The notes beneath the pieces were generated by a model. It worked only from the letters and a program-made list of their open reading frames with translations, had not been told where the DNA came from and did no database searches. The position numbers and the translations under genes were made by a program. This document shows positions 1 through 9,893 of a DNA stretch of 64,000 nucleotides, in pieces (positions within the stretch are counted from its first letter, which is position 1; every line of letters begins with the position of its first letter). Where the stretch lies: NCBI GenBank assembly GCA_031421935.1, contig JANOPQ010000262.1, forward strand, positions 12,649 to 76,648, read 5' to 3'. The stretch comes from Bacteroidota bacterium (GTDB lineage Bacteria > Bacteroidota > Bacteroidia > AKYH767-A > OLB10).

Positions 1-3000
1 CCACCGTTACCACCGGAAGCATAAGCTGCTAATGTTGTACTTTCTCCTTCGCAAATGGAATCTTCAGTAACCGTCATGTTGATGGATAGAGCAGGAAATA
101 CGAATACCGGAATATTAGAAACTGTTTTCGTACATCCATTGGCATCGGTAACTAAAACGGAGTACAAATTATTTACACTTGGATTTACAGAGATGTTACT
201 TGCAGTATGGTTGGTGTTCCATAAATAATTGTAGCCTGCCGTTCCTCCGCTCACAGTAGCGATTAAGCTCGCGGATTGACCTATGCAAATAGTATCCGGA
301 TGATTTACGCTGGCTTGTAAAACAGTTGGTTCAATGATAGTAAAAGTAGTATCGAAAGGACATAAATGCGCATCTAAAATTTGTACAGTGTAAATACCCT
401 GAGGAATTGTTGAAATCACATTGGAAACAGAACCATTGCTCCAGATATAAGCATAAGGCCCAACACCACCACTGGTGGCGATGTTGATGGAAGCATTGCT
501 CATTCCAAAACAAGGAATTCCATTTACAGTAGGTTGGATAGCAATGGCCGTGGGCTGCGTTACTTGAATCGTTTGATTGGTAGTGCATCCATTCGCATCC
601 GTAGCCGTAACTGAATAATTTCCAGCAATTAAATTTTGTAGCGCAGCATTCGCACTTCCATTCGACCATTGGTAAGAGTACGGAGGTACACCACCGTTAG
701 AACTTACTGTCGCCTGCCCGTCGTTTCCGTTGAAGCAATTTACATCTGTAATAACTGATGGATTAAATGCGAGCAATATAGGTTGTGTAATATTTACAGA
801 GCTAGTTGTGATACATCCATTCGCATCTGTTAATACGATGGTATAATTTCCAGCAGGTAAATTTGTATTATTCGAAGTCGTAATTCCGTTCGACCATAAA
901 TATTGATAAGGTGTTGTTCCACCATTTGCCGCGTACAGTGCAGCACCGTTGGATCCGCCAAAGCAAGAAACCATGGTAGCTGAACTTTGTGTTAATCCTA
1001 AAAGAGTAGGCTCCGTAATGGTGGTGCTTTGCACTTCAGTACAACCGTTTTGGTCGGTGATGATTACGCTATACGTTCCGGCAATTAAATTATTCGCTGA
1101 AAGTGTATTCGCACCCGTTGACCAAACATAAGTGTAAGGACTTGTTCCGCCTAAAGCATTTGTGTTTGCACTACCATCGTTTCCTCCATAGCAACTTACC
1201 ATTTGAAGCGGTTGCGTGGTTGCACTGAGCACTTGTGGTTGTTGAATCGTGAATACATCAGCATCGGTACATCCAAAATTATCCGTTACAGTTACTGCAT
1301 AGTTTCCAGCGTTTAATCCATTTGCAGTTGGGGTATTACTACCATTCGACCAAGCGTAATTGTATGGAGCACTTCCACTACTCACTTGCAACTGAGCGCT
1401 GCCGTTAGCTTCACCAAAACATAATGCGTTGAATGTTGTAACATTGTCGATACTTGGTCCTTGAAGGCCATTCACGGTTAATGTTGAAGAAAGCGTACAT
1501 CCATTTGCATCACTCACCGTTACTGTATAATTACCGGTGGTGAGCCCTGTTGCTGTATTTGTATTTTGTCCGTTATTCCAATTAAATGTGTAAACACCTG
1601 TTCCTCCTGAAATTTGCACCTGTGCGCTACCGTTAGATGCGTTACATTGTGTAGGAGTTGTTGTTGGAATACTTGCTAAAGGTGTAGGTTCTAAAATTAC
1701 CACGACTTGTTGAGTCACACATCCATTGACATCGGTCACAGATAAAGTATAATTCCCAGCAGCTAATCCTGCTGCTGATGCTGCGTTTCCTCCTGATGGT
1801 AACCAGTTATAATTGAATGGACCATTTCCCCCAACAATAATGATACTCGCACTACCATTTGAAGATCCATTACAAGAAGCAGGAGTAACATTGGTCACCG
1901 CTAACGTAGCGCCACCTGCATTACTAATGGTTGTTGAATTAGAGATAGTACATCCATTTGCATCGGTGATGGTTACAGAATAATTTCCACTCATCAATGA
2001 GTTTATCGTATTTGAACCCGATGCTCCATTTGACCAATTATAATTATAGCCACCGGTACCTCCTGAAACTACTGCTGTAGTTGTTCCGTTTGCTAATCCG
2101 CATGTAGCTTGTTGTGTATTCAATTGCAATTGCAATGCAGTGGGTTCATTAATCTGGATCGGAGTATTCGTTACACATCCATTCACATCGGTGACAATTG
2201 CTGTATAATTTCCAGCAGCAAGTCCTGTGGCTTGGGTTGTATTTCCTCCTGATGGAATCCATTGATAAGTGAATGGACCATTTCCTGCATTCGTTACCAC
2301 TTCTGCATTTCCATTATTTCCTGCAAAACAAGTTACATCATTCGTGTTTAAAATAGCAACAGTGGGTCCGCCTAAATTTGCAACGGCTGCAGTCGTATTA
2401 ATTGTACATCCATTAGCATCGGTAGCAGTTACTGTATAAGTTCCAGCAACAAGTGTATTAATACTAGTTCCTGCTTGACCTGTAGACCATGCATAAGTTA
2501 ACGCTCCCGTTCCTCCATTGCCAACTACTGCAGCGTCACCATTCGATGCACCACAAGTTGCAGGAGTGGTATTCGTTACTAAATTGATAATTGCAGCTTG
2601 ACCTACATTAATCACTTCAATTGCTGTACAGCCATTCACATCACTAACGGTTACCGTATACGTACTTGAAGTTAAACCGTTGGTGGTTGCTGTAGCCGCA
2701 CCGTGACTCCAAGCATAATTAAAAGGAGCAGTTCCTCCGTTGGTATTAACAGTTGCACTTCCGTCGTTTCCATTGAAGCAAGTTGCGGGAGTTGAATTTC
2801 CGTTTGTTGTTAATGTAACCGGTGTAGATATTAAAACATTTCCTTGTTCAGTACAACTGTTATTGTCAGTTACTGTTACTGTATAATTTCCTGCAGATAG
2901 TGAAGTGGCATTAGCGGTAAGATCTCCATTTGACCAAACATAACTATAGGCTCCTGTTCCACCATTAGCAAGAACACTACTTGTTCCATTGGCATTTCCA

Positions 3001-6000
3001 CAAGTTTCTGGTGTTACAGATAAAGCAAGTTGGATGGCAGTAGGTTCAGTAAGATTTACATTTATACTTGTGATGCATCCATTGGCATCCGTAACATTTA
3101 CCGCATAAGCTCCCGCAGTAAGACCAGTGGCTTGCGCTGCATTTCCTCCTGATGGAATCCAAGAATACGTGTAAGGACCATTACCAGAAGTTACAGTAAC
3201 TTCCGCATCTCCATCAGCACCACCATTACAAGAAACATCATTTGTAGAAAGCAAACTTAGTGAAGGTCCACCTAAATTCGCAACGGCTGCAATGGTTGTG
3301 GCTGTACATCCATTTGCATCGGTAGCTATAACGGTATAGGCCCCCGCAGTTAATCCATTAATAGAAGTTGTGGCTGCTCCAGTCGACCATTGAAATCCGA
3401 AAGCGCCTGTTCCTCCGTTTGCATTTACTTGTGCAGTTCCATTGGCATTTCCGCAACTTGCATCAGTTACCACCGTATTTATAATAATAGATGATGCTTC
3501 TCCAACAACAATTGTCGTTGGAAATGGACATCCATTATTATCGGAAATAGTGACCGTATAAGATCCTGCAGTTAAATTAGTAATCTGTGAAGTGGAAGCA
3601 CCTGTATTCCATAAAAAAGTATAAGGAGAAATACCACCAGCCGCCACAATAGAAGCACTTCCGGTATTACCACCAAAACAATCAGCATCTACACTAGAAG
3701 AAGTTCCAGTAATGGCGAGAGGTTCTGTAACAACAGCTAATGTTTGTTGAGTACATCCTTTTGCATCCGTAACGGTTACATTATAATTTCCTGCTGATAA
3801 ATTAATTCGGTTAGAAGTTAATACTCCGCCTGGATTCCAGTCATAAACATAAGGCGCAGTACCATCTTGAGCATCGATATCAGCAGTTCCGTCATTGCCT
3901 CCGTTACAAGTAACAGAAGTTGTTAAATTATTTACAACAAGTGGAAGTGGTTCTAAAATTGTATAATTTAATGTGGTACTACAGCCATTAACATCGGTTA
4001 CACTCACATTATAAATTCCTGCAGATAATCCAGTGGCAGTTGCAGTAATTCCACCGGAGGGAAGCCAATCAAATGTAAATGGACCATTGCCCACCGTAAC
4101 TAAAACCGAAGCAGTTCCATCGGCTCCTCCTGCACAACTTACATCAGTTTGTCCATCAAATAGCAATGTTGGTCCTCCCGCACTGTTGATTATTGTATTA
4201 TCTGAAACGGAACATCCTTGTGCATCGGTTACTGTAACAGTATAAACTCCTGCCGAAAGTGAGTTCGCTGTGGATGTTATAGAACCACTACTCCAACTGT
4301 AACTGTATGGAGCTATACCGCCATTGGGAGTCACGACAGATGAACCATTGCTATTTCCACAAGTAGAAATTGTATTCGCGAAGGCTAAAGGAATGATGGC
4401 TGGTTCGGTGATGTTAGCTACTAACGTTGACGTACATCCGAAAGCATCGGTAATAGTTACAGTATAATTTCCGGCGGTTAAATTTGAATTCGTAGCGGAG
4501 CTTGCGCCGTTCGACCAATTATAAATGAATGGACTATTTCCACCTGCTATTCCAACGTCAATGTTCCCATCGTTACCACTATTGCACGTTACATCGTTTA
4601 TGGTTGTAACACTCACAACAGGTCCGACTTGGTTAGGAATATTAACTGTGGTTTCAAAGGTACAGCCATTAGCGTCACTAACGGTAACCGTATACGAACC
4701 TGCAGAAACATTACTCAATGTATTATTTACGGATGTGCCCGTTGACCATGTATAAGCATAAACTGGAGTACCACCGTTTACCAAAATATCAGCTCCTCCA
4801 TCCGCTTGTCCGCAATGGGAAGTGTACGAATTTGAAATTGTACTCAACGCAGAGGGCTCATTAATAGTAGCGGAAACTATCGATGAACAACCATTCGCAT
4901 CAGTCACTGTCACCGAATAAATTCCAGCGGTTAATCCAACTCCTGTAGTTCCACTACCACTTGCCGACCACGCATACATATAGGGAATTGCTCCGCCATT
5001 TACTGTAATGGTGAGTGCGCCATCATTTCCTCCATTACAACTTACATCTGTTTGCAAAAGCACAACTGCAGAAGGTCCATTAGAACTTCCTACATTCACA
5101 TTCATTTGTTCGGTGCATCCATTGGCATCGGTAACAACTACAGTATATGATCCTGCACCTAAGTTAATTGCTGCAGCACCATTTCCACCTATGGGCGACC
5201 ATGCATAAGCATAAGCACCTGTTCCTCCGCCTGCAACTACAGAAGCACTTCCATTAGCACTTCCGCACGTTGCCAAAGTGCTGCTTGGAATTAAATTAAT
5301 AGCAGATGGTTCTGTGATACTCGATTGAAAAATAGCAGTGCACCCAACCGCATCAGTAACAGTAACAGTATAGGTTCCTGCTGCAATATTATTATTTAAC
5401 AATCCTACAGTACCATTTGACCAAAGTAAATTATACGGTGCAATTCCACCAATAGCATTTACGGAAATGAATCCATCTGCACCACCAAAGCAAGTAGCAT
5501 CGGTACTATTATTTAATGTGATCGTAGGAGCAGGTTCATCTGCAACCACACCACTTGCAACAGCGGTACATCCATTCGCGTCACTAACTGTAACCGTATA
5601 TGTACCGCTTACTACGTTCGTAATTTGATTCGTTCCTGATGTACCATTCGACCATGCATAAGTATATGGAGATGTCCCTCCACTTGCCGTGATCGTTAAT
5701 TCTCCATCAGCTTGTCCGCAATGCGCCGTAGTAGTAACATTTACAAAAGTAAATCCAGTTGGTTCTGTTAAATTAACAATGATGGATGAACTACAACCAT
5801 TATCGTCGGTCACAGTCAATGTATAAATTCCTGCAGATAATGAATTAATTGAATTCCCTACACCTCCATTCGACCATACATATGCATAAGGAGATGATCC
5901 ACCTACTACGTTTATGCTGATATCACCATCGTTTCCTCCGGGACATGTAATATTATTACTACTTAAAATATTTAGTGCTGGTCCGTTTGCACTAGGTACG

Positions 6001-7825
6001 CTTACGTTTCCGATAGAAGTACATCCATTTGCATCTGTCACTAAAACCGAATAGTTTCCTGCATTCAATCCACTTGCAGAATTATTTGTACCGCCACTAG
6101 GGCTCCAATTGTATAAATAACCAGGAGTGCCGCCGTTCACAATTACAGAAGTAGTTCCGTTGGATCCTCCACATGTTGTACCTGTTGATGAAGGAACTAC
6201 ATTAAGTGGAGTTGATTGATTAATTACAACGGATTGTGTTGCAATACAGCCGTTCGCATCCGTAGCAGTCACCGTATAGGTTCCTGCAGATAAGCCACTA
6301 TTAGTAGCACCTACAGTTCCGTTCGACCACAAATAAGTGAATGCAGGAGTACCGCCAACTGCGGCAACGGTGGTAGAACCATCAATACCTAAATTACAAC
6401 TTACAGGAGTAATAGAAGAAATATTTACTTGTAATAATGCAGGAGCAGTTACTGTACCATTGTTGGAAGCAGTACATCCGTTTCCGTCGGTTATTGTTAC
6501 AGTATACGTTCCAGGTAACAAATTATTTTCGTTAGCAGTAATGGATCCACTACTCCAAACATAACTATATGTAGGTGTACCTCCATTGCCCGTCACAGAA
6601 AGTGAACCATCGTTTTCATAACTACAAGTAACAGGTACAGAATTCGAAATAGTAGCTGTAAGTTGTAGCGGAGCAGTAATCACAACACTTGCAACAGAAG
6701 TACACCCTGCACCGTCAGTTGCAGTTACCGTATAATTGCCAGCTGCTAATCCTGAAGCAGAAATGCCTGCGCCACCACTTGGTGTCCAATTGTAAACGAT
6801 AGGAGCAACGCCCCCCACTACATTGGCATTAGCACTTCCATCATTTCCTCCGAAGCAAGTTACATTTACACTGGAAGCTATAGTGGCAGTTGGCCCACTT
6901 GAGTTAGCTACTACAACGTTCCCTAACATGGTACATCCAACGTTATCTGTTACGGTTACATTATAACCTCCTGCTCCTAATCCAGAAGCAAAAGCAGTAG
7001 CACCTCCGGAAGGAGACCATGCATAAGTATATCCGGGTGTACCACCTAACGCAGCAACAGAAGCAGTTCCATTATTAGTCCCACAACTAGCCGCTGTAGA
7101 TGACATAGCTAAAACAATGGGTGTGGGTTGCGTTATGCCCACAGTCATAAATCCAGTGCATCCGCGGCTATCCGTCACCGTTACAGTGTAAGCTCCAGCG
7201 GTCAACGAAGAAATAGTAGGACCTGATGCACCGTTAGACCAAGAATATGTATAGCCAGGAGTTCCACCAGCAGTAGAAACAGTGATGGTTCCATTTTGTC
7301 CTCCGTTGCAAGTAACATTTGTTTTTGTAACAGTGGAAGCAACTATAATTGCAGGTTGTGTAATAGTACCATTGGCAAGGGTTGTACAACCATTGGCATC
7401 GGTAATAGTAACGGTGTAATTATTCGCAGCCAACGCAATTGGATTTGCTCCAGTTCCAGAAGGGGACCATGAGTAAGTAAAACCCGGCACGCCACCGTTA
7501 ATCACTAAACTGGCAGTACCATTGTTACTGTTGTTACAAGTAAGATTGGTCGTATTCATAACTGCTGAAAAAGCCGGTGCTGCAGTAATCGTAAAAGCAG
7601 CACTAGAGGTACAACTATTATTATCTGTAACACTTACTGTATAATTTCCTGGTGCTAAACTGTTCAAAGTGCTTGTGCCTGCAATATTGTTTTGCGTAAA
7701 CAAAATGGTACCTGCACTATTAGTCCAAACATAATCCCATGGACTTGCTCCCAATCCCGTGGCTACAGCTGTTCCTGTATTTTGTCCTTGACACAAAGGG
7801 TTCGTCGTAACAACAGTGGGCGCTT
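1..7825 (-). repeat. About 34 tandem coding repeats of 225-230 bp (about 75 aa, SprB-repeat type) inside the giant adhesin gene
   Basis: The plus-strand motif gtaCATCCATTnGCATCnGTnAC (reverse complement encodes VTDxNGC) recurs near 135, 585, 815, 1040, 1270, 1497, 1720, 1950, 2172, 2403, 2630, 2850, 3072, 3303, 3528, 3752, 3980, 4210, 4432, 4660, 4885, 5112, 5340, 5567, 5790, 6020, 6247, 6472, 6700, 6930, 7157, 7385 and 7610. A degenerate copy lies near 365. Confidence 0.85.
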
Positions 7826-9266
7826 GACAACAATTTAGAGTGGCAAAAAAATTAGTAACTGGATCTTGTGTACACGCTACAGATGTCCAAGATCCACTTT
7901 CTCCATCAGCGTAAGTATCGATGTTAATATTTAGACTTGTTCCGGGAACACACAATCCGATTGGAATGGTTTGAACAGAAAAACAAAATGTCCAATCGCA
8001 AATACCAGCGCCATTATTATCACCGAAATTATTTCCAGGATTCCCATCAGCAACTCCTCCAGCATTACCTAAATTCGATTCATAATAAAAGCCAGGGCCA
8101 GTAACGTTACCTGTAGCCGAGCTAGTTACATTGGTATTATACCAATTCCATGTTCCAGCCCCTGAACAATTAGTTGCAGATACAGGTGTGAAAGTACTCA
8201 TGTCCCATCCAGGTCCTAGAGTTGGAACAACACCATGTAACCAGTTAGCCGAAGTTTGATTGTAATCTGAAATAGTATAACAAAAATTGACGGTTTGTCC
8301 TGCGGGATACATTCCATTTACAGGAGGAGGAATAGCAGTAAAATTACTTTGAATAACACATCCTGCACAGTCATAATTATTTTGAAGAGTAAGATTAAAG
8401 TTACATTGATCAGCAACATTGCCTCCGCTCACTTGTAAATAATAGGATCCTGCTGCAAGACCGGAGAAAGTAGCATTAAGATTTCCGGCTGCGCCAATAG
8501 CACAACCTCTCGGAATTAAACCTGCACAAGTGTTTCCTTCATATAATCCAACATTGGGTGTAATTAGTCCACCAGAAAGTGAGATGTTTAAACTTGGACC
8601 CGTGATTGTAAATCGATACCATACATCAGCGGCAGGAGTTGACATATTTCCTGCTGGCTGACATCCTAGCAGTGACGTATATGGGAATTCAGGGTTCGCA
8701 CAAAGATTTGTGGTGTTTAAACTTGAAAGCGCTCCAATTCCACCAGGACAAGGAGAGGGAGCAGGAATCGCACCCATATTAATTGCACCTGAACATGCAT
8801 CATTTGACGGAGAGGCACCACCGTTACATGCGGTAGCACATCCAGGAGTACTACAAATCACACAAGAAACTAATGCTTCCCAGCCAGCAGAACGGATGGT
8901 AGGATCTGAAGTAAACACAATGGTTAAACATCCTGAACTTCCTGTTACCAATCCCGGACTTACATTTCCAGTAAAAACACCAACGAGTGGTGATGCTGTA
9001 GTTGGACCATTATAAATGGTCATTTCATCAAATATATTTTCTAAGTCGAAAAAAGTAAAATTTAAGCGAACACAATTTCCTGGTACAGATGAACAAATAG
9101 TTAATGTAAAATTTTCGTTGTTCGCATAGTTTCCTCCACTACCACCACTATCATAAAAAGTTCCACCACAAGTACTAATGTTTCCATTGCCCATCAAATG
9201 AGTTTGGGCCGATGAATCCATCGATAGAAAAAATAAAATAAATAAATAGAATATGCTTCTTAGCAT
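1..9266 (-). CDS. Giant cell-surface adhesin with tandem SprB-type repeats (N-terminal >3,088 aa; C-terminus lies beyond window position 1)
   Basis: My own minus-strand translation from the ATG at 9264-9266 gives MLRSIFYLFILFFLSMDSSAQ (signal peptide). Next comes a CUB-like module (GNISTCGGTFYDSGGSGGNYANNENFTLTIC...DEMTIYNGP...SAGWEALVSC), then a PPC-like module (WYRFTITGPSLNISL...AGSYYLQVSGG), then repeats ending ...Y.V.VTD.NGC. The codon phase at 9266 and at the VTDANGC codons near 150-152 is identical. The ORF track lists no stop-bounded minus-strand ORF beginning at 9266, which implies the frame stays open to the window edge. Confidence 0.9.
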   Translation of the reverse strand, partial: MLRSIFYLFILFFLSMDSSAQTHLMGNGNISTCGGTFYDSGGSGGNYANNENFTLTICSSVPGNCVRLNFTFFDLENIFDEMTIYNGPTTASPLVGVFTGNVSPGLVTGSSGCLTIVFTSDPTIRSAGWEALVSCVICSTPGCATACNGGASPSNDACSGAINMGAIPAPSPCPGGIGALSSLNTTNLCANPEFPYTSLLGCQPAGNMSTPAADVWYRFTITGPSLNISLSGGLITPNVGLYEGNTCAGLIPRGCAIGAAGNLNATFSGLAAGSYYLQVSGGNVADQCNFNLTLQNNYDCAGCVIQSNFTAIPPPVNGMYPAGQTVNFCYTISDYNQTSANWLHGVVPTLGPGWDMSTFTPVSATNCSGAGTWNWYNTNVTSSATGNVTGPGFYYESNLGNAGGVADGNPGNNFGDNNGAGICDWTFCFSVQTIPIGLCVPGTSLNINIDTYADGESGSWTSVACTQDPVTNFFATLNCCQAPTVVTTNPLCQGQNTGTAVATGLGASPWDYVWTNSAGTILFTQNNIAGTSTLNSLAPGNYTVSVTDNNSCTSSAAFTITAAPAFSAVMNTTNLTCNNSNNGTASLVINGGVPGFTYSWSPSGTGANPIALAANNYTVTITDANGCTTLANGTITQPAIIVASTVTKTNVTCNGGQNGTITVSTAGGTPGYTYSWSNGASGPTISSLTAGAYTVTVTDSRGCTGFMTVGITQPTPIVLAMSSTAASCGTNNGTASVAALGGTPGYTYAWSPSGGATAFASGLGAGGYNVTVTDNVGCTMLGNVVVANSSGPTATIASSVNVTCFGGNDGSANANVVGGVAPIVYNWTPSGGAGISASGLAAGNYTVTATDGAGCTSVASVVITAPLQLTATISNSVPVTCSYENDGSLSVTGNGGTPTYSYVWSSGSITANENNLLPGTYTVTITDGNGCTASNNGTVTAPALLQVNISSITPVSCNLGIDGSTTVAAVGGTPAFTYLWSNGTVGATNSGLSAGTYTVTATDANGCIATQSVVINQSTPLNVVPSSTGTTCGGSNGTTSVIVNGGTPGYLYNWSPSGGTNNSASGLNAGNYSVLVTDANGCTSIGNVSVPSANGPALNILSSNNITCPGGNDGDISINVVGGSSPYAYVWSNGGVGNSINSLSAGIYTLTVTDDNGCSSSIIVNLTEPTGFTFVNVTTTAHCGQADGELTITASGGTSPYTYAWSNGTSGTNQITNVVSGTYTVTVSDANGCTAVASGVVADEPAPTITLNNSTDATCFGGADGFISVNAIGGIAPYNLLWSNGTVGLLNNNIAAGTYTVTVTDAVGCTAIFQSSITEPSAINLIPSSTLATCGSANGSASVVAGGGTGAYAYAWSPIGGNGAAAINLGAGSYTVVVTDANGCTEQMNVNVGSSNGPSAVVLLQTDVSCNGGNDGALTITVNGGAIPYMYAWSASGSGTTGVGLTAGIYSVTVTDANGCSSIVSATINEPSALSTISNSYTSHCGQADGGADILVNGGTPVYAYTWSTGTSVNNTLSNVSAGSYTVTVSDANGCTFETTVNIPNQVGPVVSVTTINDVTCNSGNDGNIDVGIAGGNSPFIYNWSNGASSATNSNLTAGNYTVTITDAFGCTSTLVANITEPAIIPLAFANTISTCGNSNGSSVVTPNGGIAPYSYSWSSGSITSTANSLSAGVYTVTVTDAQGCSVSDNTIINSAGGPTLLFDGQTDVSCAGGADGTASVLVTVGNGPFTFDWLPSGGITATATGLSAGIYNVSVTDVNGCSTTLNYTILEPLPLVVNNLTTSVTCNGGNDGTADIDAQDGTAPYVYDWNPGGVLTSNRINLSAGNYNVTVTDAKGCTQQTLAVVTEPLAITGTSSSVDADCFGGNTGSASIVAAGGISPYTFLWNTGASTSQITNLTAGSYTVTISDNNGCPFPTTIVVGEASSIIINTVVTDASCGNANGTAQVNANGGTGAFGFQWSTGAATTSINGLTAGAYTVIATDANGCTATTIAAVANLGGPSLSLLSTNDVSCNGGADGDAEVTVTSGNGPYTYSWIPSGGNAAQATGLTAGAYAVNVTDANGCITSINVNLTEPTAIQLALSVTPETCGNANGTSSVLANGGTGAYSYVWSNGDLTANATSLSAGNYTVTVTDNNSCTEQGNVLISTPVTLTTNGNSTPATCFNGNDGSATVNTNGGTAPFNYAWSHGAATATTNGLTSSTYTVTVSDVNGCTAIEVINVGQAAIINLVTNTTPATCGASNGDAAVVGNGGTGALTYAWSTGQAGTSINTLVAGTYTVTATDANGCTINTTAAVANLGGPTVAILNTNDVTCFAGNNGNAEVVTNAGNGPFTYQWIPSGGNTTQATGLAAGNYTAIVTDVNGCVTNTPIQINEPTALQLQLNTQQATCGLANGTTTAVVSGGTGGYNYNWSNGASGSNTINSLMSGNYSVTITDANGCTISNSTTISNAGGATLAVTNVTPASCNGSSNGSASIIIVGGNGPFNYNWLPSGGNAASAAGLAAGNYTLSVTDVNGCVTQQVVVILEPTPLASIPTTTPTQCNASNGSAQVQISGGTGVYTFNWNNGQNTNTATGLTTGNYTVTVSDANGCTLSSTLTVNGLQGPSIDNVTTFNALCFGEANGSAQLQVSSGSAPYNYAWSNGSNTPTANGLNAGNYAVTVTDNFGCTDADVFTIQQPQVLSATTQPLQMVSCYGGNDGSANTNALGGTSPYTYVWSTGANTLSANNLIAGTYSVIITDQNGCTEVQSTTITEPTLLGLTQSSATMVSCFGGSNGAALYAANGGTTPYQYLWSNGITTSNNTNLPAGNYTIVLTDANGCITTSSVNITQPILLAFNPSVITDVNCFNGNDGQATVSSNGGVPPYSYQWSNGSANAALQNLIAGNYSVTATDANGCTTNQTIQVTQPTAIAIQPTVNGIPCFGMSNASINIATSGGVGPYAYIWSNGSVSNVISTIPQGIYTVQILDAHLCPFDTTFTIIEPTVLQASVNHPDTICIGQSASLIATVSGGTAGYNYLWNTNHTASNISVNPSVNNLYSVLVTDANGCTKTVSNIPVFVFPALSINMTVTEDSICEGESTTLAAYASGGNG

Positions 9267-9893
9267 GTTGGTTGATACAAATAAATGCAAGTAGGTATTA
9301 CTAAATTATTAATAATACAAATACTCCTAAGATTGTTTTGGTGGTTCTTAATTCTACAACCGTAAATATAATGATTATACTCTAATTATTTATTGCCAAA
9401 CGTATAAATTTATGGGTGAAATTATTAATCTAACGGGCAAATCAATTAAACTTGAAGCTAAGCTAATGGGAAACTAATTTTTCTTAAAGAATAATATGCT
9501 TTTGAAAGGGTGAGATAATTATAAGTCTAAAGACGAGTAAAAGAGTTGGTTTTCTGATGCACCTAATATAGACACCTTATCTAATCAGACATATCTCATT
9601 GATTAATAATTAATTATTATGATTTACGTTAAAATTAGTCTATTTTTTCCTGCAGATTGAAGTAGTTAAAAATGAAATTTTTTGAGTCCGAATTTTCAAC
9701 TCTAAACGAAGTGCTATTTGAAAATGACTCCTCGATAAGGAGGATCAAGGAAAGAATAAATTGAAAAAATATAGATGATAAAAGGAACGAATTAGAGGTA
9801 AAATATTTTTTTAGCAGTATATAGCCTCAATATAATCCAAGTAAAATCTCCTTTCATCCAAGTGTATACCACTAAAAGGAAAGAAGAATCTGA

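Noticed and set aside
331-669. Minus-strand 112-aa ORF rich in Cys/Trp/His
   Set aside because: It lies in a different phase (upper end 0 mod 3) from the validated adhesin frame (2 mod 3), so it is an off-frame artefact inside the repeat array.
1-7825. The regular periodicity of about 228 bp was considered as a CRISPR array or a non-coding satellite
   Set aside because: The units are contiguous with no unique spacers, are multiples of 3 on average, and translate in one open frame into SprB-type repeats. There are no cas genes.
949-9015. Plus-strand ORFs from the track (949-1131, 4033-4245, 4525-4755, 5008-5208, 6337-6564, 8710-9015)
   Set aside because: They are antisense shadows of the continuous minus-strand adhesin frame. 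Their P/T/V-rich low-complexity translations are what the complement of a G/T/N-rich repeat protein would give, and no independent signals support them.
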